A stretch of DNA of 64,000 nucleotides from an uncultured cyanobacterium (GTDB taxonomy: Bacteria > Cyanobacteriota > Cyanobacteriia > PCC-9006 > JAAUQQ01): assembly GCA_963718615.1 (NCBI GenBank), contig OY970368.1, positions 2,006,475-2,070,474 on the forward strand, written 5' to 3'. This document shows, piece after piece, positions 41,307-49,741 of this stretch. A model generated the notes under the pieces. It saw only the letters and a program-made list of their open reading frames with translations. It did not search any database and was not told the origin of the DNA. Position 1 is the first letter of the stretch, and the number at the start of each line of letters is the position of its first letter. A program made the position numbers and the translations under genes.

Positions 41307-42995
41307 ATGTCCATAAATTTTAGCGATGAACAAGTTATTTCTGATGTAGCTAGCAGAGTTTACTCAATATTCTCAGCAGATATTGACGATGACGGTGATC
41401 TCGATATAGTAGCCGCTATCAATGGGGAAAACACAGTTGCTTGGTATGAAAATGATGGAAATAGTAACTTTACTCAGCGAACCATTTCGGATACTACTAC
41501 AGGAGCGTTAGCTGTATTAGTGGCAGACATTGATAGTGATGGCAACCTAGACGTTGTAGCTAGCTCACGAAAGAATCAAATTGTTTGGTTTCAGCAAGAT
41601 AATAGCGGAAATTTTACTGAAAGGATTGTAACAAAGACTTTCAACAACACGAATAGTGTTTTTTCTCTTTCTTCTTCAGACATTGACAACGATGGTGATC
41701 TTGACATTATTTCAGCTTCAGCCTATTCGTATGCAGGTAATTTGACTTGGTATGAGAATGATGGCGCTGGAAACTTTACAGAACACACAATTTTTGCTCC
41801 TGAAACAAGGCCTTCTGACTTACAGCCTTGGCAAGTGTCTTCGATTGATATCGACTCCGATAATGATATCGACATACTAGCTGTATTCAAAGGACGGATG
41901 GGAGGAGCAAAGATTTCTTGGTATGAAAATGATGGTAATGCTAACTTCGAGGAACATATTATCGTTGAGAATCTTACTAATAACGGAGGACGATCTGAAT
42001 CAGCGTTTCTTGTTGACTTAGATGCCGATGGTGACATCGATTTCATTTCACAGTCTCTAACAGGTCTCGGTATTTCATGGTATGAGAATGATGGTGAAGA
42101 AAACTTCACCGAGAATTTAGTGGATGACAATCAGCTTTATTATGTCGAGCCAAAATCAATTGATGTTGTGGACTTTGATAGAGATGGAGACCTAGATATC
42201 CTAGTGTCATCTCAAGTGAATCCTGCCAGAACGCTTCTATTTGAAAATGATGGCAATAATAACTTTCAAAAGCATCTCGTAGCCATTAACGAAAAGGCTA
42301 TATTTTCTTCGTCTTTCTCCGATATCGATGGTGATGGCGACATTGATATTGTCTCAGCATCGCGTGATGACAATAAGATTGCTTTGCTGGTTAACCTTGA
42401 ATGCTTCCTCACCGGCACTCTCGTCACCACCACCCAAGGCCCACGCCCCGTCGAAACCCTCCAAATCGGCGACCTCATCCAAACCGCCGACGGCAAAACC
42501 CAACCGATCAAATGGATCGGCACCCAAACCTTCGACGCCGCCAAACACCCCGCCCACCCCTTCCGCACCTACCCCATCCGCATCCAAGCCGGAGCCCTCG
42601 GCCACAACCTCCCCAGCCGCCCCCTCTATGTCTCCCCCGACCACGCCCTCCTGATCGACGGCCTCCTGATCAACGCCGGAGCAATCACCAACGGCACCAC
42701 CATCACCCAGATCCCCATGGAGCAATTCACCTACTACCACATCGAACTCGAACACCACGCCCTCCTCCTCGCCGAAGGCACCCCCGCCGAAAGCTACCTG
42801 CCCCAAAACCAAGCCCGCGACAGCTTCGACAACGGCGCAGAATACGACCAGTTCTACCCCAACCACAACATCCTTTCGCTGTTGCCCATGCACTACCCCC
42901 GCGTTAGCAGCAAACGCCAACTGCCCCGCTTCGTCGCCAAACGGCTCCAGAAAATTTCAGAAATTCTCAGCAGCGACGGTATCCTTACCGCCTAG
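41307..42995 (+). CDS. FG-GAP (7-bladed beta-propeller) repeat protein with C-terminal Hint (Hedgehog/intein-like, Hint_2-type) domain
   Basis: Seven D-x-D-x-DGD-x-D...W[YF]ENDG repeats; Hint block from CFLTGTLVTT to HHALLLAEG; abrupt AT-rich to GC-rich switch at ~42404. Confidence 0.8.
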   Translation: MSINFSDEQVISDVASRVYSIFSADIDDDGDLDIVAAINGENTVAWYENDGNSNFTQRTISDTTTGALAVLVADIDSDGNLDVVASSRKNQIVWFQQDNSGNFTERIVTKTFNNTNSVFSLSSSDIDNDGDLDIISASAYSYAGNLTWYENDGAGNFTEHTIFAPETRPSDLQPWQVSSIDIDSDNDIDILAVFKGRMGGAKISWYENDGNANFEEHIIVENLTNNGGRSESAFLVDLDADGDIDFISQSLTGLGISWYENDGEENFTENLVDDNQLYYVEPKSIDVVDFDRDGDLDILVSSQVNPARTLLFENDGNNNFQKHLVAINEKAIFSSSFSDIDGDGDIDIVSASRDDNKIALLVNLECFLTGTLVTTTQGPRPVETLQIGDLIQTADGKTQPIKWIGTQTFDAAKHPAHPFRTYPIRIQAGALGHNLPSRPLYVSPDHALLIDGLLINAGAITNGTTITQIPMEQFTYYHIELEHHALLLAEGTPAESYLPQNQARDSFDNGAEYDQFYPNHNILSLLPMHYPRVSSKRQLPRFVAKRLQKISEILSSDGILTA

Positions 42996-43018
42996 AGAAG
43001 CACTAGAGAAGCATGAAT

Positions 43019-43588
43019 CTAACGTTGCACTTGTAGGCAAGCAAAAAGCTGCCCCACAGTCAAATCTACACCCATCGCAAAGTCAGGAACGGGTAACCGG
43101 TCATCGGCGGCACTGAAATGAATCGGTTGTTGATCTTTTGGATAAGTGGTCACTGATCGCTCAGCCGGATCGACGAGCCACCCCATCTTGCAGCCGTTGC
43201 GTAGGCAGTGAAGAATATTGTCGATAACCCTGGTGGTGCTTTGATTCGGGGAAAGAATCTCGATGGTCCAATCCGGAGCGATTGAGAACGTATTCGCGAT
43301 CTCCCCCTGGTCATCGGTTGGAATTCGCTCCTGACAAAAGATCGCCACATCCGGGACGATTGAGCGGCCCCCAAAAGTGCAGCGAAGCTCTGGAAACGCT
43401 TCAGCTGTTCCCTCATCTTCTAAAACGCGGTTAATTCGCTCAGTGACTTTGCGCTGAAGGCGGCTATGTTTTCCCTTGGGCATTGGCTTTTGGTCAATCT
43501 GCCCGTTGATATATTCGCAGCTCGGCTCAGTCTCAGGGAGTGCCAGGAATTCTTCGAGGGTGAGGGACTTTATCGGGGTTTGAACCAT
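43019..43588 (-). CDS. Uma2-family (DUF820) putative restriction-endonuclease-like protein
   Basis: Uma2-like sequence; family is highly expanded in cyanobacteria. Confidence 0.75.
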   Translation of the reverse strand: MVQTPIKSLTLEEFLALPETEPSCEYINGQIDQKPMPKGKHSRLQRKVTERINRVLEDEGTAEAFPELRCTFGGRSIVPDVAIFCQERIPTDDQGEIANTFSIAPDWTIEILSPNQSTTRVIDNILHCLRNGCKMGWLVDPAERSVTTYPKDQQPIHFSAADDRLPVPDFAMGVDLTVGQLFACLQVQR

Positions 43589-43669
43589 AGATTAGCGATC
43601 GTCGTCGTAGCTCTAGTGTACCGTAGGAAATGACTTGTCCGTAATGCTCTGTTAGGGGGAGATGAGGTC

Positions 43670-44326
43670 TTGCAACTAGACGGTGAAATGGCCTATGAGG
43701 GCTTGCGCGATCGCATCCTCCCCGGTGATGTCATTGCCTTTTCAGGTACAGGGTTTCCGTCAGAAACGGTGAAGCTGGCAACTCGATCTGTGGTTTCCCA
43801 CGTTGGGATTATTGTGCGGGTGGATCGGGCGGCGGAGGGCACCTTTCCGATCGTGATGGAAGCCAGCCCCATTGAAGGGTTTTCGGGGGTGGGGATACGG
43901 GATTTGGGCGATCGCATCCTCCATCATCCCGGCAATATTTGGTGGCTCCCTCTAGACCTCGAACAACGTCGTCGCCTGGATCAAGCCGCGTTGGTTAAAT
44001 TTTTGTGGGAGCAGGATGGCAAACCCTACGACACCGTCCAAGCCATCAACTCTGCCCTCGATTTTCGCTGCGAGGTTTCGGGGCTTGCCCAGCTCACAGC
44101 CAATGAAGAGAACTTTGATCAATTATTCTGCTCCGAGCTCGTGATCGGAGGGCTTAAAGCTGGGGGGCTGTTGGCAGGGGTAAATGCCTCCGAACTGACG
44201 CCAGCGGATCTCTGTCAGTTGGCGATCTATGCCCCTCAATATTACGGCTTAAAAATCATAGATACCCATTTAGAAATTGCATCCTATAACAGCGTCCCGA
44301 TCTCCCAGGCAGAACAATTTCACTAG
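43670..44326 (+). CDS. permuted papain-like (NlpC/P60 superfamily, YiiX/C92-like) putative amidase
   Basis: Conserved His (SHVGIIV) and Cys (LFCSELV) arrangement. Confidence 0.45.
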   Translation: MQLDGEMAYEGLRDRILPGDVIAFSGTGFPSETVKLATRSVVSHVGIIVRVDRAAEGTFPIVMEASPIEGFSGVGIRDLGDRILHHPGNIWWLPLDLEQRRRLDQAALVKFLWEQDGKPYDTVQAINSALDFRCEVSGLAQLTANEENFDQLFCSELVIGGLKAGGLLAGVNASELTPADLCQLAIYAPQYYGLKIIDTHLEIASYNSVPISQAEQFH

Positions 44327-44405
44327 ATTCTTGATAGCTCGATCTTTTCGCAACAAGAAGGGACATGGCATGCCATGTCCCTCAGACCCCTGAAGCATTC
44401 ACCGA

Positions 44406-45344
44406 TCAGCCTTCTACATTGATTTTGGTGACCAGCTCTAGCTTGACCGTTTCTGCCAGCTCGTTGGCCACTTGGCAAGTGCCCGCATTCGCATGGCCAC
44501 CGCCACCATAGGACAACATCATTTCACCGATATTGAGCTTTGAAGTGCGGTTGAGAATGGATTTGCCAACGGCAAAAACAGTGTTTTGCTGATTGAGTCC
44601 CCAAAGAATATGAGCCGAAATATTGCAGTTAGGGAAGAGGGCGTAGATCATAAAGCGATTGCCCGCATAGATTTTCTCTTCATAGCGCAGATCCAGGACG
44701 ACAAAATTGTCATACACCGTTGCGCAGCGCTCAATTTGTTCCTTAAATAGCTCCTGTTGGACAAAGTACAAATCGGTTCGTTCTTGAACATCAGGCAGTT
44801 CTAGAATCTCTTCGATGGACATGGATTTGCAGCAATCGATCAGCTCCATCATCAGCTGATAGTTGGAAATCCGAAATTCTTTAAAACGACCCAATCCCGT
44901 CCGAGCATCCATCAAGAAATTCAGCAACACCCACCCTTGGGGATTGAGAATTTCATCTAAGCTAAACTGAGCTGAATCCGCCTGATCGACCGCTGCCATC
45001 ATCTCTTGAGAGATATTAGGAAACGCCGCTGCTCCGCCGAAGTATTCATAAACGACTCGGGCTGCCGAGGGAGCATCGGGCTGAATAATATGGTGTTCTA
45101 TCTCCGCAGGATTCCGCAGGATTTCGCTGGCATGATGGTCAAAGGCGAGATAAACGCCAGGTACATAGGGGAGATTTGTCGTGATATCGCGATCGGTAAT
45201 CTCGACCTTGCCATCCTGCATATCCTTGGGATGGACAAATTTAATCTCGTCGATTAGCTCACGCTCTTTCAACAGCACCGCACAAACCAGTCCGTCGAAA
45301 TCGCTCCGGGTCACCAATCGATACTTGTCTCGGGTTAGCAGCAT
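44406..45344 (-). CDS. DHH-family phosphoesterase (NrnA-like)
   Basis: DFDGLVC and AFDHH motifs, C-terminal GGGH. Confidence 0.7.
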   Translation of the reverse strand: MLLTRDKYRLVTRSDFDGLVCAVLLKERELIDEIKFVHPKDMQDGKVEITDRDITTNLPYVPGVYLAFDHHASEILRNPAEIEHHIIQPDAPSAARVVYEYFGGAAAFPNISQEMMAAVDQADSAQFSLDEILNPQGWVLLNFLMDARTGLGRFKEFRISNYQLMMELIDCCKSMSIEEILELPDVQERTDLYFVQQELFKEQIERCATVYDNFVVLDLRYEEKIYAGNRFMIYALFPNCNISAHILWGLNQQNTVFAVGKSILNRTSKLNIGEMMLSYGGGGHANAGTCQVANELAETVKLELVTKINVEG

Positions 45345-45380
45345 CGCGTTCAGAGAGATTAAAAGTCATATATACTGTGC

Positions 45381-47246
45381 CTAGTTTTCCCGTCTGCGAT
45401 CGCGAAACAACAACCCTTCCCCTCCCGCCAACACCACCCGCTGCCATTTGCGTACCGAATTAATCCGATAGAGAGCTTGTGCCCGCTGAAGTTGCTCGGG
45501 AGTGATGCGCGCCTCGACTAGTTTTCCCTGAGCCAACAGCCAATTCCGGAAGGTTCCGGCTAACAAACCCGCTACCACTGGGGGCGTCAGCCAGGTGTCA
45601 TCCAGCTCGACCACCAGATTACCCAAGCAAAATTCAGTGACCTCTCCTTGATCATTCCACAGCAATACATCGTCGTAGGCCGAATGGGCACTGAGGGCTT
45701 GGTCATACCACTGGCGATGGGTCGTTTTGTGATAGAGAAAGGGATCGTTGCGGGGGATGGGATGGGTAGCCAATGTGGCGGTGAGTGGTGGTGAGGTGCC
45801 GGTGTTAGTGCCGATGTTAGTGCCGATATTAGTGCCGGTATTTTCCAGGGGCTTGGCTTCTAGCCGACAGTCGCCACTGCGCCCGAGCAATAGCCGCACG
45901 CGCTGGGGGGCCTTCCAGGCATGAGCTGCTGTCAAAAGTTGCGCTTGGACTCGGTCAAGGTTCTGCTCAAAGTCAAAATAGGCTGCCGATCGCCCCAATC
46001 GCTGGAGGTGTTCTTCCCAGAGAAAATAGCCCGATTCCGGTTCCCAAAGCAGGGTTTCCAAGAGTTCAAAGGGTGGTGGGGCATGGGTTAAAATTGCCGT
46101 TTTTAAGCAGCATTCCTCGTACTCTGCTTGGCTGTCGGAGTCCCACACAATGCCACTACCCACACCATATTCTGCCGTGCCAGTTGAGCGATCAACTAAT
46201 ATTGTCCGAATGGCAACGTTGAACTGAGCCTGATGCTGCGGTCCCCAATAGCCGAGCGCCCCTGTATAGATTTTTCGGGGAGAATCTTCCACGGCTTGAA
46301 TAATCTCCATCGTTCGGGGTTTAGGCGCACCGGTAATTGAAGCACAGGGAAACAGCGCCGCCAAAATTTCGGCCATGGTAGCTGAACTCTCCGCTGTGAC
46401 CGTTGAGGTCATTTGCCACAGCGTCGGATATTGCTCTAGGTCAAATAATTGGGGAACTTGCACCGACCCCAACCGGGCAATCCGCCCCAGATCATTGCGC
46501 AGCATATCGACGATCATCACGTTTTCGGCTCGATTTTTAGCCGATGCCTGGAGCTGCTGAGCCTGGGCGCGATCGCCCGCCCAATCCAATCCTCGCGCCA
46601 TGGTTCCCTTCATCGGTCGTGTCGTCAACAGCGGCCCCGTCTGGGTAAAAAACAGCTCCGGCGACGCCGAACAAATGGCATAGTTGCCCAGATCGAGATA
46701 GGCTCCGTAATAACCCGGTTGAGCTTGCATCAAATCTTGAAACAGCCCCCAGGTGCTGCCTTCAAAGGTTGTCCGTAGCCGGAATGTATAATTGACCTGA
46801 AACGTATCTCCCTGGGCAATGGATTGTTTGATTGCGGCGATCGCCCCCTCAAACCCCGCCCGATCCACCGAAGCCAACCATTTCCCGAGTTGATAATTGG
46901 CCTGATCGGCAGTCTGATCAGCGGTCTGATCAGCGGTCTGATCAACAATACCTTGCTCTCTCGTCAGAGCCTCCTTCGCTAACCGTTGGGGTTCTCGATA
47001 CAATCCAAACCACAACAGCGGAAACCCAGCGGGATCGGTTTGGACCTGCAACGCCGAATCAAAGGCAGGCGCGGCCTCATAGCTCAAAAAACCAGCGGCG
47101 TAAAGTCCTTGGTAGGTGACCTGTTGATCGAGGTGGGCGATCGCATCCAGAATTTCTTCCCGTCGAAAGACCTCAACCACCTCAACTGGGTTTTGAAAGG
47201 AAAGCCATTGCTGACTTTCTGGCTGATGCAGCAAAACGGATGACAT
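45381..47246 (-). CDS. bifunctional aminodeoxychorismate synthase component I / aminodeoxychorismate lyase (PabB-PabC fusion) with two in-frame 12-nt tandem repeat insertions
   Basis: N-terminal chorismate-binding domain (PGYYGAY..., SPELFF), C-terminal class-IV aminotransferase-like domain; ADQTADQTADQT and NTGTNIGTNIGTN repeats. Confidence 0.85.
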   Translation of the reverse strand: MSSVLLHQPESQQWLSFQNPVEVVEVFRREEILDAIAHLDQQVTYQGLYAAGFLSYEAAPAFDSALQVQTDPAGFPLLWFGLYREPQRLAKEALTREQGIVDQTADQTADQTADQANYQLGKWLASVDRAGFEGAIAAIKQSIAQGDTFQVNYTFRLRTTFEGSTWGLFQDLMQAQPGYYGAYLDLGNYAICSASPELFFTQTGPLLTTRPMKGTMARGLDWAGDRAQAQQLQASAKNRAENVMIVDMLRNDLGRIARLGSVQVPQLFDLEQYPTLWQMTSTVTAESSATMAEILAALFPCASITGAPKPRTMEIIQAVEDSPRKIYTGALGYWGPQHQAQFNVAIRTILVDRSTGTAEYGVGSGIVWDSDSQAEYEECCLKTAILTHAPPPFELLETLLWEPESGYFLWEEHLQRLGRSAAYFDFEQNLDRVQAQLLTAAHAWKAPQRVRLLLGRSGDCRLEAKPLENTGTNIGTNIGTNTGTSPPLTATLATHPIPRNDPFLYHKTTHRQWYDQALSAHSAYDDVLLWNDQGEVTEFCLGNLVVELDDTWLTPPVVAGLLAGTFRNWLLAQGKLVEARITPEQLQRAQALYRINSVRKWQRVVLAGGEGLLFRDRRREN

Positions 47247-47353
47247 GGTGCAAGGCTCAGAGAGGGTTTTTCTATGAATAGGGTTTTTCTGTGAAACTTA
47301 GGGTTTGCCTGTAAATCTACTGGGCGGGCTGCCAATGGCTTTAGCGTTATTCA

Positions 47354-47401
47354 AAGCTTGGATAAAAGCTTGGATAAAAGCTTCGATAAAAGCTTGGATA
47401 A
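47354..47401 (+). repeat. 4 x 12-bp direct repeat AAAGCTTGGATA (one copy AAAGCTTCGATA) in divergent intergenic region
   Basis: Read directly; each unit contains a HindIII-like AAGCTT core. Confidence 0.9.
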
Positions 47402-47506
47402 AATTGCGAATTTTAGGGGAACGCATGGGTAGTTTCAGATTAGGTAATCAGAGCTTTCTGGTTTTGGCAATTCCTTCTCTATCTAGGTCAATCAGGGCGA
47501 AGAATC

Positions 47507-47716
47507 ATGAGACAACTTTGGTTGGATTTCCTCAAAACTCTAGGATTTGCCTATTGGGTCACTGTTGCAGATGGCACCAATAAGACCTATTGTTTTGGTC
47601 CCTTTGGCAGCGCAGGTGCTGCGATCGCAGCCCAAGACGACTGCTGCCGTACCCTTCTCCAAAATCAAACAGGGCCGGTCTACATTAAGTCGGTCAGAAT
47701 TTCCACAGAACGCTAA
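47507..47716 (+). CDS. DUF1816-family small protein
   Basis: AYWVTV...TYCFGPFGSAGAAIAAQ matches DUF1816 consensus (WWVE...CTYYFGPF); competing ORF 47305..47583 is repeat-derived. Confidence 0.55.
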   Translation: MRQLWLDFLKTLGFAYWVTVADGTNKTYCFGPFGSAGAAIAAQDDCCRTLLQNQTGPVYIKSVRISTER

Positions 47717-47775
47717 AGCCTGGAAAGGGAAATTGATGCATCTCTTGCTTTGCATCCATGCAGCTCAATCGCCTT

Positions 47776-48135
47776 TTAGGTGGCTAACAGCTTGGCCTTG
47801 AGCTCGGCTTCCGAAGCCCGAAAGCCCACTAAAATCGCTTGGCCATCCCGTTCAAAGAGGGGACGCTTGAGCAACATGGCATCTTGGGCGAAGGCCTCGA
47901 TCCATTGCTGATCGTCCCAATCTTTCTTCTCTTCATCCAGTGCCCGATAGGATTGCCCGGAAGTATTGCGCATCGGCTTAGCCGTTAGGGCCTGCACCCA
48001 GGTTTGTACTTGCTCAAGGCTGGGGGGGTGCTCTTTGGTATTGACAAATTCGTAAGGAATTTCGTGATTATCGAGCCACTGCAAAGCCTTTTTACAAGTG
48101 CCGCAGCTGGGAATGCCATAGATTTTAAGCACCAT
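47776..48135 (-). CDS. ArsC/Spx/YffB-family thioredoxin-fold protein
   Basis: N-terminal CGTC redox motif. Confidence 0.8.
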   Translation of the reverse strand: MVLKIYGIPSCGTCKKALQWLDNHEIPYEFVNTKEHPPSLEQVQTWVQALTAKPMRNTSGQSYRALDEEKKDWDDQQWIEAFAQDAMLLKRPLFERDGQAILVGFRASEAELKAKLLAT

Positions 48136-48139
48136 GATT

Positions 48140-48670
48140 TCACTTCATGTTCTCTGACGCTTGATTGACCTGGGCGATCGCCCCTTGATCAATCTGAATC
48201 TCTAAATTCTGATCATCGCGGGAAAGCAGCGATCGTCTTACCTGTCCCACATACACGGGGATCGTTACCCCCGCTTGATGCAGCAACGCCCGTGCCCGCA
48301 CCGTCAGTTTTGCATCGCCATTGCGACCTAATCGTCCAGGGGAATACAGATCGTTCGCCGCTTGCTGGAGGGTTGCCTCTAGGCTGTCTGCATGGACGGT
48401 GTCCGGCGTTAGGACAATGACCACTTCCGCTCCGCCATTGTCATAGACCACGGTGAACCGCTCTGCCCCTTCAACGGCCACCCGCTGATACAAACTGAGA
48501 TTGAGGGCTAAGACTCCCGCTGTGAGTAGCCCCATAAAGCTGGTTACACCCACCAAGCGAAAACGCAGCCCCCAGCCAAAAATAAAGCCAAGGGTCGTCA
48601 ATGCACCGCTGACCAATGTGATCAGCCCTAGCCCTTTGGCAAGGGTAAGGAAGTCAAGGGTTTCTGGCAT
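48140..48670 (-). CDS. ycf51: Ycf51-family protein (DUF2518)
   Basis: N-terminal two-TM segment FIFGWGLRFRLVGVTSF typical of Ycf51. Confidence 0.65.
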   Translation of the reverse strand: MPETLDFLTLAKGLGLITLVSGALTTLGFIFGWGLRFRLVGVTSFMGLLTAGVLALNLSLYQRVAVEGAERFTVVYDNGGAEVVIVLTPDTVHADSLEATLQQAANDLYSPGRLGRNGDAKLTVRARALLHQAGVTIPVYVGQVRRSLLSRDDQNLEIQIDQGAIAQVNQASENMK

Positions 48671-48743
48671 GGGTACTAGAAAGGGATAGAACTAAGATGT
48701 AACACTTTGTTGAGCGATCGGTTTCCATCCTATCGTTTTATTG

Positions 48744-48800
48744 CTGTTGTTTTTGGGCTGTTGTTTTTGGGCTCTTGTTTTTAGGCTCTTGTTTTCTGAG
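48744..48800 (+). repeat. 4 x ~14-bp direct repeat (GCTGTTGTTTTTGG / GCTCTTGTTTTTAG) upstream of vanZ-family gene
   Basis: Read directly. Confidence 0.85.
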
Positions 48801-48818
48801 ACGTGAGGAGATCAGCCG

Positions 48819-49211
48819 TTGAAATTTTCTGGATTGAAGTTTTCTGGGTCAAGGGCGATCGCGATCGCCTGGACACTACTCATTCTCTTGCTCTGCTCGA
48901 TTCCCCAGCGGGCCTTACCGGATGCCCCCGATTGGCTGGGGCTAGACAAAATTGTCCATTTCACCCTGTTCGCAATTTTGGCACAGCTTTGGCTGCGAGC
49001 CGCTGCCAAGGGGGACAATCCCTTGGTCCTTAACCCAGCCCATCGCTGGCGTCTATGGCTGGCTGGCGTTGGCTATGGGGCCTTTACCGAATTGTATCAA
49101 GCCCTGATTAGCTGGGCCTTTGCGGCTGGGCGCTCTGCCGATGTCGCTGACATGCTCGCGGATGCCTTGGGCTTTACCGTCAGTCTTTTGCTCAAAGGTC
49201 GCTGGCGCTAG
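48819..49211 (+). CDS. VanZ-family membrane protein
   Basis: DKIVHFTLFAIL motif, 4 TM helices. Confidence 0.8.
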   Translation: MKFSGLKFSGSRAIAIAWTLLILLLCSIPQRALPDAPDWLGLDKIVHFTLFAILAQLWLRAAAKGDNPLVLNPAHRWRLWLAGVGYGAFTELYQALISWAFAAGRSADVADMLADALGFTVSLLLKGRWR

Positions 49212-49427
49212 GGGCGGACTCTCTGATTAAATCTTTTGAGATTAAATCTTTTGAGAGCAGGGTTGGGTTGAAGGCTGCTTTTAAAAAGTTGCTTTGTATG
49301 TCCAAACTTTAAGTGTTATTGCAAGAGGCTTAGAGAAGTCTTTAGGACAATGGCATTCCGCCAAAGTTACTTTTACGCTTAGATTACGCTTAGAACAAGA
49401 CGCTCATCACTCACCAGCGGATTTTGT

Positions 49428-49730
49428 ATGAAGAATTATCGCCTCACCTGCACGCTCACCTTTGGAGATATCTACGGTCAGATCATTATTTGGCTGATTG
49501 TCATTTTCCTGAGTTTGGCCACAGCACTGGCGCTGATGGGCGCAGGTAGCCCGATTTATGCCCTCGCAACCGTTGGCTTGATTTTGGTTCTGTCGCTGCC
49601 CTTTTTGCTCTTTGCCTTCGTGACCACGTTGCTCAATAACATTGTGATTGCGCCTTTTGACCCTGAAGCTCAGCCTGCAGGGAATGATGCCGTTGTTGCG
49701 CCCGGTAATCCTGCCGAGGCGATGGGATAG
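49428..49730 (+). CDS. hypothetical small membrane protein
   Basis: Two strongly hydrophobic helices; 11 nt upstream of sdhA. Confidence 0.4.
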   Translation: MKNYRLTCTLTFGDIYGQIIIWLIVIFLSLATALALMGAGSPIYALATVGLILVLSLPFLLFAFVTTLLNNIVIAPFDPEAQPAGNDAVVAPGNPAEAMG

Positions 49731-49741
49731 GAAGAACTATC

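Noticed and set aside
47305-47583. 92-aa ORF (MPVNLLGGLPMALALFKAWIKAWIKASIKAWIK...)
   Set aside because: It is generated by translation of the 12-bp tandem repeat array. It is more parsimoniously non-coding, and the overlapping DUF1816 ORF at 47507 is preferred.
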